A stretch of 47,306 nt of DNA from Flavobacteriales bacterium (GTDB lineage: Bacteria; Bacteroidota; Bacteroidia; Flavobacteriales_F; PHOS-HE28). Every line of letters begins with the position of its first letter. Within the stretch, counting starts at the first letter, position 1. Of this stretch, positions 1 to 9,322 are shown piece by piece. The translations under genes were made by a program, and so were the position numbers. Location: NCBI GenBank assembly GCA_017998165.1, contig JAGODO010000002.1:1-47306 (forward strand), given 5' to 3'. The notes below the pieces were generated by a model. That model made no database searches, had not been told where the DNA came from, and saw only the letters and a list, made by a program, of their open reading frames with translations.

Positions 1-1201
1 CATTGTTGGCGATACGGTAGACCATGGGGCCCGTCCCGCATGGGATCCTTGCGCGTCCATCGACCAGTCGTTGAGTCCCGACCATTCGGCCGAGCCTGTC
101 CATAACCGTGAAAGACGCGTCGCCCGATCCTCCGCTGACATCAATGGAACCCGTACCGGAGGACCAAACACGGTACGGCGATGCGCTCCCGGCTTCGGGC
201 ACACCCACGATGGTGACATCCAGCTCCCACGTAACGCTGTCCGTATTCCCGCAAGGGTCGGTGTACGTGTGGGTGAAGCTGTACGTGCCTGATGTGGTGA
301 AGGTGAAGGTCGGGCTGGCTTCCGTCGAGCTCTGGCCGTTCGTGCAGGTCCAAACATGCGTGCCTTCCCCGAAGTGGTAGTAGGTGATGTCGTTCGGTCC
401 GTCGCTGCTGTAGCCGTCGATCGTGGCGTCGGTGCCGTTGGGTACATCCAGGTTCCAGGTGGTCATGCTGTCGAGTACGACCGCGCTGGCGATGCCCTGG
501 AGGATCGCAGCCGTGTCCGGCTGGACGCTTGAAACGAACGACGCGCCCGTACAACTCTGTTGGAAGAGTGTGCAATAGAAGACGCAGGCCGCGAGGTACG
601 TGCCTTCCACCGAAGGATGGCTCCCGTCCGGGTTGTAGAGGTTGATGAGCGGATGCGTGTCCCGCACCTGTTTCCAAGCCACACCAACGGGTGAGACATA
701 GGCATCGTTGGCTTCGCCGAGAGCGACGTAGTTGTCGCGCAGGCCTTGCTGCATGCCGTCGTAGGTGCACATGTAGGGGAAGTCCGGGCAGTTCAGGTCG
801 TCGCCGTTCTGGCGGCCCCAGGTCATGTAGAACACGGGGTAGGTGCATTCGTCGTTCTCCTCGATCACCGCCACCAGTTGCAGCGCGCCGATCTCCGTGT
901 CGGTGACCTCCGGCGGCAACGCGCCCAATTGGCTCTGCTCCTGCATCACCACGAAATCCCAAGGCTGCGACTCGATGGCGTTGATGGTCGCCGGGGTGGT
1001 GGCGTGTTGGTTCAGCGAATAGCCGCCGGGCGTCTGCGCGGCGGTGGTGACGGTATCGCCCAGCGACAGCGCCACCTGCCGGAAGGTGTTCGGCAGGTCG
1101 TTCACACCGACGTAGCTGTTGCCGATGAAGAGGACCGATGTCTGTTGCGCCTGCGTGGTCGTTGTGAGCAGCAGGAAGGGAAGGAGGTAGTGTTTTCGCA
1201 C
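1..1201 (-). CDS. Secreted SGNH/GDSL-type hydrolase with PKD-like segment and C-terminal sorting-type tail (3' end runs off the window)
   Basis: Not in the ORF track because it has no stop inside the window. Reading the minus strand from GTG at 1201 (in-frame TAG at 1213-1211 just upstream) gives VRKHYLLPFLLLTTTTQAQQ (signal peptide) then TSVLFIGNSYVGVNDLP (SGNH block I, GNS) and later NPDGSHPSVEG (block V, D-x-x-H). A PKD-like stretch follows (TFTFTTSGTYSFTHTYTDPCGNTDSVTWELDV). The frame stays open to base 1. Confidence 0.7.
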   Translation of the reverse strand, partial: MRKHYLLPFLLLTTTTQAQQTSVLFIGNSYVGVNDLPNTFRQVALSLGDTVTTAAQTPGGYSLNQHATTPATINAIESQPWDFVVMQEQSQLGALPPEVTDTEIGALQLVAVIEENDECTYPVFYMTWGRQNGDDLNCPDFPYMCTYDGMQQGLRDNYVALGEANDAYVSPVGVAWKQVRDTHPLINLYNPDGSHPSVEGTYLAACVFYCTLFQQSCTGASFVSSVQPDTAAILQGIASAVVLDSMTTWNLDVPNGTDATIDGYSSDGPNDITYYHFGEGTHVWTCTNGQSSTEASPTFTFTTSGTYSFTHTYTDPCGNTDSVTWELDVTIVGVPEAGSASPYRVWSSGTGSIDVSGGSGDASFTVMDRLGRMVGTQRLVDGRARIPCGTGPMVYRIANN

Positions 1202-1320
1202 GGCGTGAAACTAGGCGGGTAATGGTCGCTGCCGTCCCGATGCGGCACGCTTCATCCCTTGGTGGCGTGATCAGTTTTGTGTGACCAGAGGAAGCCCACT
1301 GCCCGGTTATTCCACGAACC

Positions 1321-2736
1321 TCAAGGCAACTTCACGAAAGGCCGCTGCCACGGTCTGGTCGAAGTCGAAACGCGCGCAGTGAAGAGGCCCGCAGCCAGAT
1401 CACTGACATCAATGCGGGCCAGGTCCATGGTGCGGCGGGCCATGCGCCGGACGACACGGCCTTGTCCGTCGATGAGTTCAATGCCGGTGACGGTCAGCCC
1501 CGTCGGTACGGTGATCGCCACATGGTCCGCGGCCGGGTTCGGGAAGAGTTCGAAGCCTCCGGTCACTTGAACGGCCATGCCGGTGGTGCATGTTTCGAAA
1601 GCCCCGGCATCGAGTGTCGCGTGCTGGCAACGCAGGACCTCACTTGTGGGATGAACGTACTCGTAGAGCGCTACCAGCGGATAGCCGGTGGTGGCCAGAC
1701 CTGCCGGGAAGCCCAGGTTGTGCGCGGGTGAAGCTTCGTCGATGTGGTAGTCGTATGTCGCCGCATCCGCGAATTGCACGGCGACGATGTTCGTGGCGCG
1801 CAGGTTGGCGAGCGTATCGATGCTGGTCGGCCAGGTGGGCATGAACTCGCCCCCGCCGGCCAGCACGTTGTTGTAGGCTTTGAAGAACACATCGGCGGGT
1901 GCCTGGAAGAAGCTGCCGTTGGCTTTCTCGTTCACGATGGTATTGTTCACCGCGTAGAACTCCTGCGGTCCCGGATTGCTCAAGCCTTCCATACCGAAGC
2001 CCACGATGTTGCTGTTCTCGCTTTGAAGACCCTGTTGGATCACGTTGCCGATGAGGTACGCCTGCCCGCCGTTCGGCAGGTCGATCTCGCGGCTCGCTGT
2101 TCCGTCCGCTTCGTTGCCGATGCGGTTGTACTCGATCACGTTCACCCAGGCGCGGCTCTTCAATTCGTGTCCCACATCCGCATGGTGACTGTAGTTGTAG
2201 CGGAAGATGAGCGAGTCGACGTTGCCGATGTACAGGTTGTGCGAGTAACCATCTCCGAAGCCGTGATGCCCGAACTCGCTGTACTCGATGCGCACGGTAC
2301 TGGGGTGGTACTCCCCGCAAAGGATGCCGTTCTCGTTGTGGTGGAACCAGCAATGCCGCACGGTGAGGTTCAGGCCTTCGTGCCGGATGCCAGCACCGTT
2401 ATGGTCCGGCACCTGGCACTCGCTGAATTCGATCCATTCCACCGTGGTGTTGTTCCCCTGGATCACCCAGATCGCCTTGTCGCCCCAGCTGAGCCCGTTC
2501 GATTCAAGATGCGCAACTCCACCAACACCCCGCAGAACCAGGTTGTCCACCTGCCAGCGTGCAACATCGCTCGGATAGACGCCAGCTTCGATGTTGACCG
2601 TGTCGCCATCGCCGACCAGCGTGGAAACCTGGCTGGGCATGGTGTAGGTCTGACCCGGGCCGACGGTCCATGCGGTCGCCTCTGCAGTGGCAACAAGCAG
2701 GAGCGAACAGCAGGTTGAGGCGGTGGATCTGCGCAT
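1321..2736 (-). CDS. Secreted right-handed parallel beta-helix (pectate-lyase-fold) protein with T9SS C-terminal domain
   Basis: Track ORF 1321..2916. I place the start at the internal ATG at 2736 (MRRSTASTCCSLLLVATAEA signal peptide). Beta-helix repeat signatures are present (NGAGIRHEGLNLTVRHCWFHHNENGILC, NLYIGNVDSLIFRYNY). The C-terminus ELFPNPAADHVAITVP...GLFTARV is typical of T9SS sorting domains. Confidence 0.75.
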   Translation of the reverse strand: MRRSTASTCCSLLLVATAEATAWTVGPGQTYTMPSQVSTLVGDGDTVNIEAGVYPSDVARWQVDNLVLRGVGGVAHLESNGLSWGDKAIWVIQGNNTTVEWIEFSECQVPDHNGAGIRHEGLNLTVRHCWFHHNENGILCGEYHPSTVRIEYSEFGHHGFGDGYSHNLYIGNVDSLIFRYNYSHHADVGHELKSRAWVNVIEYNRIGNEADGTASREIDLPNGGQAYLIGNVIQQGLQSENSNIVGFGMEGLSNPGPQEFYAVNNTIVNEKANGSFFQAPADVFFKAYNNVLAGGGEFMPTWPTSIDTLANLRATNIVAVQFADAATYDYHIDEASPAHNLGFPAGLATTGYPLVALYEYVHPTSEVLRCQHATLDAGAFETCTTGMAVQVTGGFELFPNPAADHVAITVPTGLTVTGIELIDGQGRVVRRMARRTMDLARIDVSDLAAGLFTARVSTSTRPWQRPFVKLP

Positions 2737-2785
2737 AGGTCGAAAGTACCCTGCGGGCCACATCACGGCCAGTACATTTCGGCTC

Positions 2786-4096
2786 ATGAAGCATCTCGTT
2801 CGACCGGTCTTGGTCTGTTGCCTCCTCAACTGGGGATCCGCCACTTTCGCCCAGGATCCCGCACCGGCTCTTATTGGATACTGGCACAACTGGAATGACG
2901 CCAATGCGCCATACATCCCGTTGGACCAGATCGACCCGCGCTACAACGTGATCGAAGTGGCCTTCGCCGAGCCGGTCGGTGGTACGACCTACGTGGTGGA
3001 GTTCGTGCCTTCGCTGGAGGTGCCGGAAGACTTCATCGCTGCGGTCGAAGCCCACAAGGCCCAAGGCAAGAAAGTGGTCATCAGCCTCGGCGGTGCGAAC
3101 GCCACGATCCAGCTGAACAGCGACGAGGAACGCGACTGGTTCGTCGGGCATGTGATGTACCTCTTCAGCGTGTGGGGCTTCAATGGCCTCGACCTCGATC
3201 TGGAAGGCACATCCGTGGCCATCACAGGAGGGACGATCGATATTCCGGTGGACAGCACCGTGGTCCGCTTGATCGATGCGGTGAAGGAGGTGATGACGCA
3301 GTACCGCGCCATGACAGGGGAGAAGCTCTTCCTGACCATGGCCCCGGAGACGGCCTACGTGCAAGGCGGGCAGAGCGCCTTTGGCGGTATCTGGGGCGCG
3401 TACCTGCCCATCATCGACGCGCTGCGCGATTCGCTGGACATCCTGCAGGTGCAGCTTTACAACAGCGGCAGCATGTACGGCCTCGATGGGGCCATCTACG
3501 AGCAGGGCACGGCCGACTTCATCGTGAGCCAGACCGAAGCGGTGATCCAAGGGTTCAGCACGGGTGGCGGTTTGTTCGAGGGGCTTCCAGCAGAAAAGAT
3601 CGCCGTGGGCCTGCCAGCGTGCAATGCGGCCGCAGGTGGTGGCTACACGGATACGGCTACCGTGCGAGCGGCCATGGAATACCTGCGTGGTACAGGACCG
3701 CAGCCGGGAGCTTACACCTTGGTCCAGCCGGGCGGCTATCCGGCCTTGCGCGGCATGATGACCTGGAGCATCAACTGGGATGCGGTTAGCGCGTGCAATG
3801 GCACGTACAGCTTTGCGGAGACCTTCGAGCGGATCTTCGATGACCAGTCCACGGGTATCGCCTCTGCCGCGGTGCATGACATCCTGTTGTTTCCGAACCC
3901 CGCGGTGAACGAATTGAGGGTAGCGGGTTTCGTTCCACTCACGCTGCTCGACCAACAAGGCAGGGAGGTCTGGCGGGCGACCAACAACGGCGCTCACGGG
4001 ATCATCGACGTGAGCGGTCTGCAGCTGGGCATGTACACACTCGTGGGAGAAGCACACGGCCACCGTACCACACGTCGTTTCGTCAAAGCGCGGTAA
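2786..4096 (+). CDS. GH18 family chitinase with T9SS C-terminal domain
   Basis: Track ORF 2687..4096. Start re-picked at ATG 2786 (MKHLVRPVLVCCLLNWGSATFAQ signal peptide). LIGYWHNW opening strand and catalytic FNGLDLDLEG (D-x-D-x-E of GH18) are present. C-terminal LLFPNPAVNELRV...GMYTLVG is T9SS-CTD-like. Confidence 0.85.
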   Translation: MKHLVRPVLVCCLLNWGSATFAQDPAPALIGYWHNWNDANAPYIPLDQIDPRYNVIEVAFAEPVGGTTYVVEFVPSLEVPEDFIAAVEAHKAQGKKVVISLGGANATIQLNSDEERDWFVGHVMYLFSVWGFNGLDLDLEGTSVAITGGTIDIPVDSTVVRLIDAVKEVMTQYRAMTGEKLFLTMAPETAYVQGGQSAFGGIWGAYLPIIDALRDSLDILQVQLYNSGSMYGLDGAIYEQGTADFIVSQTEAVIQGFSTGGGLFEGLPAEKIAVGLPACNAAAGGGYTDTATVRAAMEYLRGTGPQPGAYTLVQPGGYPALRGMMTWSINWDAVSACNGTYSFAETFERIFDDQSTGIASAAVHDILLFPNPAVNELRVAGFVPLTLLDQQGREVWRATNNGAHGIIDVSGLQLGMYTLVGEAHGHRTTRRFVKAR

Positions 4097-4101
4097 CGCT
4101 G

Positions 4102-5415
4102 CTAGGAGGTCTTCTCCGGTCTGCTGTACACAGAGTAGGGCACGAGCCACTTCGACACGAGGAAGGCCAATGAGGACACGATCATCAGTGGCACGAACAA
4201 CGCGTAGCCACCGGTGATCTCCGCGATAAGGAAGATCGCCGTGAGCGGGATGTGGATGGTGCCGCTCAGAACCGCGGCCATGCCCACCACGGTGAAATTG
4301 ACCTCGTTCAGCTCTGCGAAGCCGAGCAGGTTCACACCGTGCGAGAAGCCGAAACCGGCCATGGCACCGGTGAAGAGCGAGCTGCCGAACATGCCACCGT
4401 TGCCACCGGCGTTCACGGTGAGGGAGGTGGCGAGCACTTTCAACAGCATCAAGCCCAGTACGAGCGCTTCCAGGTTCCACGCCCCCAGCCCGAGCATCAC
4501 GGGAGCGTTTTCGGCCAATGAGGACGCTTCGCGGTGCAAGAGCTTCAGCACACCGTCATAGCCTTCGCCCAGCAAGGGCGGGAAGAAGAGGATAAGGGCA
4601 CCCAGGGCCGTGCCGCCGATGAGCGCGCGGAGATATGGTTGCCGCACGTTCTTCAATCCATCGCCAACAGCGAAGTAGGTGCGGATGCCGTAAGTGGCCA
4701 CCAGAGCGCTGAAGAAAGCGAGACCGATGTACCATGGCAACGCAGCGGTGTTCCACGAGTCGGTGATGAGCACGAACGGTTGCCCGCGGTAGATCAAGGA
4801 GGAGAGGAAAGCGGCGGAAGCCGATGCGATGAGCACGGGCACCACATGCGTGATGGCCACGTTCACCAGGATCACTTCCATGGCGAAAATGGCACCGGCG
4901 ATCGGCGCATTGAAGATGGCGGAGATGCCAGCTGCCGATCCGCAGGCCAGCAGAAGGTTGCGCTTGGCCTCGTCCAGTCCCAAGCGCAAGGCAAGACGGC
5001 TTCCAAAGGCCGCACCAGTGCTGGCGATGGGCGCCTCCATGCCGGCCGAGCCGCCGGAACCCATGGTGAGGATACTGGTGATCACCTGCGAGTAGAGTTT
5101 GTGGGGTTGCACCACCCCGGCCTTGTTGCGCACCTCGTTCAAGAGGCTCGGCAGACCGCGCCCCAGATCGCCTTTCAGCCAGACCTGCGTGAACAGCGTA
5201 CTGAGCAGGATCCCTGCCGTGGGGATGATGAGTACGAGCAACACGCGCTGCGAACCGAAGAGCCAGCCGTGCAGCAACCGGGTCAATTCGTTCACGCCCT
5301 GCTTCAGCACGATAGCGGCCAATGCGGCCAACAACCCCGTGACGATCGCCGCGAGGACCATCAGCGTGTTCTCGCCGAGCACCTCATCACGCCATGCTTT
5401 GATGCGGTCCACCAT
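4102..5415 (-). CDS. ClC family voltage-gated chloride channel / H+-Cl- exchanger
   Basis: 437-aa polytopic membrane protein with ClC selectivity-filter-like segments (GSGGSAGMEAPI, GGNGGMFGSSLFTGAM, AVLSGTIHIPLTA). Confidence 0.85.
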   Translation of the reverse strand: MVDRIKAWRDEVLGENTLMVLAAIVTGLLAALAAIVLKQGVNELTRLLHGWLFGSQRVLLVLIIPTAGILLSTLFTQVWLKGDLGRGLPSLLNEVRNKAGVVQPHKLYSQVITSILTMGSGGSAGMEAPIASTGAAFGSRLALRLGLDEAKRNLLLACGSAAGISAIFNAPIAGAIFAMEVILVNVAITHVVPVLIASASAAFLSSLIYRGQPFVLITDSWNTAALPWYIGLAFFSALVATYGIRTYFAVGDGLKNVRQPYLRALIGGTALGALILFFPPLLGEGYDGVLKLLHREASSLAENAPVMLGLGAWNLEALVLGLMLLKVLATSLTVNAGGNGGMFGSSLFTGAMAGFGFSHGVNLLGFAELNEVNFTVVGMAAVLSGTIHIPLTAIFLIAEITGGYALFVPLMIVSSLAFLVSKWLVPYSVYSRPEKTS

Positions 5416-5452
5416 CGTCAGGGGACAACGTTACGGCTTGCGCTTGGTCACC

Positions 5453-5959
5453 TCACCGCCGCACGCCGTAGATCCACTCGTCCTGCACCACGCCGTTCTT
5501 CACCAAGGTGCCGATGAGCTTCGCCTCCAACGTGAAGCCCGCTTTCTCCAGCGCCCGTTGCGAGGCTGTGTTGCTGCCGAACGGCGTGGCGAAAATGCGC
5601 GTCACTTCCGGATAGGTTTCGAAGCCGAGTTCCACCATCCGCTTGATGGCCTCGGTCATGATGCCCTGTCCGCGATGCACGGTGGCCAGCCAGTAGCCAA
5701 GCTCCATGTTGCGCCGCCACAAGTCCTGCTTGGGGTGAAGCCCGAGAGCACCGCAGCATTCCCCCCCGACTTCGATGCAACGGCGCAGGGGCGGGGTCTT
5801 CATAGCGGCCTCGAGGAAGGTGTGGCCGGCTTCTTCGGTAAAAGGGTTGGGAAAGGAGTCCGTCAGGTTGGCCGCGACCGTGGGGTCGCTGGCGTGTTTC
5901 ACCAAGGCTGGCAGGTCCTCCATCCGGAAAGGACGCAAGTGGAAAAGCGCGGACGACAT
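5453..5959 (-). CDS. GNAT family N-acetyltransferase (RimJ/RimL-like)
   Basis: 168 aa. Contains the LGYWLATVHRGQGIMTEAIKRMV motif A region and a C-terminal EKAGFTLEAKL, typical of the Acetyltransf_3 type. Confidence 0.8.
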   Translation of the reverse strand: MSSALFHLRPFRMEDLPALVKHASDPTVAANLTDSFPNPFTEEAGHTFLEAAMKTPPLRRCIEVGGECCGALGLHPKQDLWRRNMELGYWLATVHRGQGIMTEAIKRMVELGFETYPEVTRIFATPFGSNTASQRALEKAGFTLEAKLIGTLVKNGVVQDEWIYGVRR

Positions 5960-5962
5960 GGC

Positions 5963-8287
5963 TTACTGCTTCGGTGGTTGGGCTGACAGGTCGAACTCCA
6001 AGGTGCCGCCAGCCATGATCTCGCCGTGCGTGATGTGCGTGCGATCCAGCTGCTGGCCGTTCAATTTGATGCTCCGGACATACCTGTTCTTCGTGCCCTG
6101 TCCGTTCGCCAACACCGTGAAGACGTTGCCGTTGTTCAGCGGGATGGTGGCCCGCTCCACGACCGGTGCGCCCAGTTCATAGCGATCGCTTCCGGGGCAC
6201 ATCGGATAGAAGCCCATCGCGCTGAAGACGTACCACGCGCTCATCTGGCCGCAATCATCGTTGCCGCTGAGTCCGTCGGGCTTTGGCCTGTACATCCGGT
6301 CCAGCACATCGCGGACGCGCTTGCCGCACATCCATGGCCGGTCGCTGTAGTTGTACAAGTAGGCGACGTGGTGACTGGGCTCATTGCCATGCACATAATT
6401 GCCCATGATGCCATCGCGCGTGATGTCCTCGGTCTTCTCGAAGTACTTGTCATCGAGCCGCATGGTGAAGAGGGAGTCCAAGTGCTCACCGAAGCGCTCC
6501 GGGCCACCCATCAACTTGGCGAGTTCAGTGGGCTCGTGCGGCACGTACAGGCTGTAGTTCCACGCATTGCCCTCGATGAAGCCCTTCTGGTGCGTGTCCA
6601 ACGGATCGAACTCCTTCACGAAAGAACCGTCGGCCAGGCGGGGGCGCATGAAGCTGGTTGCCGGATCGAATACGTTGCGGTAGTTGTCGCTGCGCTCGAA
6701 GAATTCGAGGGCGATATCCCCGTTGCCGACGCGCTCCGCCAGTCGCGCGATGCACCGGTCATCGTAGGCATACTCCAGCGTTTTGGAGACGCTCGACCCG
6801 CTCATGTCCTCGGGCACGTAGCGATGTTCGATATTCGGGCCGATCCCGTCGAAGTAGGGTACGAGCGCCGTGGAAACGCACGCGTCGAGCGCCTTCTTCC
6901 GATCGAATCCTGTGATCCCCTTCACGTCCGCATCCGCGATCACGCTTACCGCGTGGTAGCCGATCATGCACCAGTTCTCGTTGGCATGGTGGCTCCAGAT
7001 CGGTAGCATGTAGTGCGCGCTCTGATCATAGTGGGCCAGCATGGAATTGATGAGGTCGCTGGACCGTTCGCGTTGGATGATGTTGAAGAGCGGGTGCAGG
7101 GCACGGTAGGTGTCCCAGAGCGAAAAGGTGGTGTAATTGGTGAAGACCTTCGCCGCGTGGTTGTTCTGGTCGAGCCCGCGATACTGGCCGTCCACATCCA
7201 TGTATATGGTGGGCGAGAGGCACGCGTGGTACATGGCCGTGTAGAAGTTGGTGAGCACCTCCGGCCGCTTGCTCACGATCTCGATCCGATTCAACTCTTT
7301 CCGCCAACTATCCTGCGTTTCGCGCACCACGCGGTCGAAGTCCCAATGCGGCACTTCGGCCTTCATGTTCATCAAGGCGCCTTCCGTGCTCACGCTGCTC
7401 AGCGCGACTTTCACTACCACCTGGGCATCGGGCTTCAGGTCGAAGTCGAACCACGCGCGCAACTGCTTGCCCCCCATTTCAGGAAAGTCCTGGGTCTGAT
7501 CGAACTTCCGCCAGAAGCCCCGGTACTCTGTCGGCCGCGCATCCGGCTGTTGACCGTAGTGCGTGATCCGTTCACTGAAGACCATCGCGAAGTACACCGT
7601 GCGTGTTCGTCCCCAGCCGTTCGTTTGGCGGTAGCCCGTGACCAGCGTGTCATTCTCCACCCGCACGAAGGTCCACACGTTCTTGTCGGCGTGGTTGTAG
7701 ATGCCATGGACCAGGTCGAGGATCAGGTGAACGCTGTCCCTGCGCGGGAACGTGTACCGGTGCATGCCCACGCGCGTGGTCGCCGTCAGCTCCGCGGTGA
7801 TCGCGTGGTCCTCCAACAAAACTTCATACTTGCCCGGTGCAGCCTTCTCGTTCGCATGATGATAGACGGATCGGAAGCCACTGCTCGGATAGGCCGCTGT
7901 TCCCGGGCTCAATTGCAAGGCGCCCGCAGTAGGCATCAGCAGAATGTCCCCCAGGTCCGCGTGGCCCGTGCCACTGAAATGCGTGTGGCTGAAGCCGACG
8001 ATCGTGCTGTCGTCATACTGGTAGCCGGAGCAGGTGCGGTACACATCCGGGTTGTATTTGCCTCCGACAGCGTACGGCAGCGTATCCGTATCCGGGCTCA
8101 ATTGCACCATACCGAAGGGCGCGCTGGCACCGGGGTACACATGGCCCATGCGCTGGGTGCCGATCATCGGATCCACGTAGCGGAGAACGTCCTGTTCCTT
8201 CACTTGAGCGTGAAGGCTGGGGAGCAGGGTGATGGTTAGTACAACCGAGAGCGTGTTGCGCATAGACAAGAATAGCGTCCCTATCAT
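5963..8287 (-). CDS. GH92 family alpha-mannosidase
   Basis: 774 aa. N-terminal YVDPMIGTQRMGHVYPGASAPFGMVQLSPDT plus GFSHTHFSGTG are hallmark GH92 motifs. An alternative ATG at 8263 gives MRNTLSVVLTITLLPSLHAQ as the signal peptide. Confidence 0.9.
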   Translation of the reverse strand: MIGTLFLSMRNTLSVVLTITLLPSLHAQVKEQDVLRYVDPMIGTQRMGHVYPGASAPFGMVQLSPDTDTLPYAVGGKYNPDVYRTCSGYQYDDSTIVGFSHTHFSGTGHADLGDILLMPTAGALQLSPGTAAYPSSGFRSVYHHANEKAAPGKYEVLLEDHAITAELTATTRVGMHRYTFPRRDSVHLILDLVHGIYNHADKNVWTFVRVENDTLVTGYRQTNGWGRTRTVYFAMVFSERITHYGQQPDARPTEYRGFWRKFDQTQDFPEMGGKQLRAWFDFDLKPDAQVVVKVALSSVSTEGALMNMKAEVPHWDFDRVVRETQDSWRKELNRIEIVSKRPEVLTNFYTAMYHACLSPTIYMDVDGQYRGLDQNNHAAKVFTNYTTFSLWDTYRALHPLFNIIQRERSSDLINSMLAHYDQSAHYMLPIWSHHANENWCMIGYHAVSVIADADVKGITGFDRKKALDACVSTALVPYFDGIGPNIEHRYVPEDMSGSSVSKTLEYAYDDRCIARLAERVGNGDIALEFFERSDNYRNVFDPATSFMRPRLADGSFVKEFDPLDTHQKGFIEGNAWNYSLYVPHEPTELAKLMGGPERFGEHLDSLFTMRLDDKYFEKTEDITRDGIMGNYVHGNEPSHHVAYLYNYSDRPWMCGKRVRDVLDRMYRPKPDGLSGNDDCGQMSAWYVFSAMGFYPMCPGSDRYELGAPVVERATIPLNNGNVFTVLANGQGTKNRYVRSIKLNGQQLDRTHITHGEIMAGGTLEFDLSAQPPKQ

Positions 8288-8377
8288 TCGTATTGAACCA
8301 CTTCATTCCGGATGGGCGATGGCCATCTGACTTTTGCACCCGCTCGCCCAACTCCATCAGGATACGGCGAAGCACAG

Positions 8378-9253
8378 ATGACCAAGCGTAGTGTAGAGGC
8401 CGTACTGGCCCCGCCCGCTCCCCACATGGTGGGCGATGGTTTCCGCGTCAGCAATTTCTTCCCACAGGGCTACAATATCCCACAGGACCGGCTCAGTCCG
8501 TTCTTCCTGCTGGACTACAATACGCCCGTGGACTTCTCGCCGCGCGAGCACCCGCGTGGTGTGGGCGTGCATCCGCATCGCGGCTTCGAGACGGTGACGT
8601 TCGCCTTCAAGGGCAAGGTCGCGCACCACGACAGCGCAGGCCATAGCGGCGTGATCGGCGAGGGCGACGTGCAGTGGATGACCGCAGGCAGCGGCGTGCT
8701 GCACAAGGAGTACCACGAGCAGGAGTTCTCCAAGACCGGTGGACCTTTCCACATGGTGCAGCTCTGGGTGAACCTCCCCGCGAAGCACAAGATGGAAGCA
8801 CCGCGCTACCAGCCCATATCCAAGGATGACATGACGCTGGTGCGCCTGCCCGATGGCAAGAGCGAGGCGCGCATCGTGACCGGTGAACTCTTCGGCGCGA
8901 TGGGACCCGGCAGGACCTGGTCACCGATCACCGCGGCTGTTGTGCGCATCGGCGCGGGTGGTGAAGCCACGTTCAACCTGCCGAACGGGTGGAACAGCAT
9001 GGTGCTGATGGTGGAAGGTTCTGCGATCATCAACGGAAGCGATGCACCCGCCGATCATCTCGTCCTCTTCCGCAATGAAGGGGAGGAGGTGTACGCCACC
9101 AGCAAGGAGGGAGCGACCCTGCTCGTCCTGAGCGGAGAGCCGCTGAATGAGCCGATCGCCGCGTACGGGCCGTTCCTGATGAACACCTACGACGAGATCA
9201 AGCAGGCCTACGCGGATGTGGCCGCCGGGAAGTTCGGCGTGTTGGAGGACTGA
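8378..9253 (+). CDS. Pirin family protein (cupin)
   Basis: Track ORF 8312..9253, start re-picked at ATG 8378 (MTKRSVEAV). HPHRGFETVTFAFKGKVAHHDSAG...VQWMTAGSGVLHKE matches the pirin metal-binding cupin motifs. Confidence 0.85.
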   Translation: MTKRSVEAVLAPPAPHMVGDGFRVSNFFPQGYNIPQDRLSPFFLLDYNTPVDFSPREHPRGVGVHPHRGFETVTFAFKGKVAHHDSAGHSGVIGEGDVQWMTAGSGVLHKEYHEQEFSKTGGPFHMVQLWVNLPAKHKMEAPRYQPISKDDMTLVRLPDGKSEARIVTGELFGAMGPGRTWSPITAAVVRIGAGGEATFNLPNGWNSMVLMVEGSAIINGSDAPADHLVLFRNEGEEVYATSKEGATLLVLSGEPLNEPIAAYGPFLMNTYDEIKQAYADVAAGKFGVLED

Positions 9254-9270
9254 TCGGTACCATTTACCAT

Positions 9271-9308
9271 AACGCAGAAGCCCCGGCGGGAGCCGGGGCT
9301 TCTGCGTT
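9271..9308. terminator. Bidirectional intrinsic-terminator-like hairpin between convergent pirin and prolyl oligopeptidase genes
   Basis: Perfect 17-bp stem AACGCAGAAGCCCCGGC / GCCGGGGCTTCTGCGTT with a 4-nt loop GGGA. It sits between the stop codons at 9253 and 9323. Confidence 0.7.
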
Positions 9309-9322
9309 CGGTCGTGGAAGGA

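Noticed and set aside
141-1222. Track ORFs 141..962 (-), 463..705 (-) and 746..1222 (+)
   Set aside because: They are out of frame with, or antisense to, the unlisted SGNH hydrolase frame (GTG 1201 to the window edge). That frame has a signal peptide and catalytic motifs; these ORFs translate to Arg/Gly/His-rich nonsense.
2504-4480. 658-aa minus-strand ORF spanning the chitinase and part of the ClC gene
   Set aside because: It is antisense to two genes with clear family motifs. Its translation is Arg/His/Gly/Ala-rich low-complexity sequence with no recognisable domain, a typical high-GC shadow ORF.
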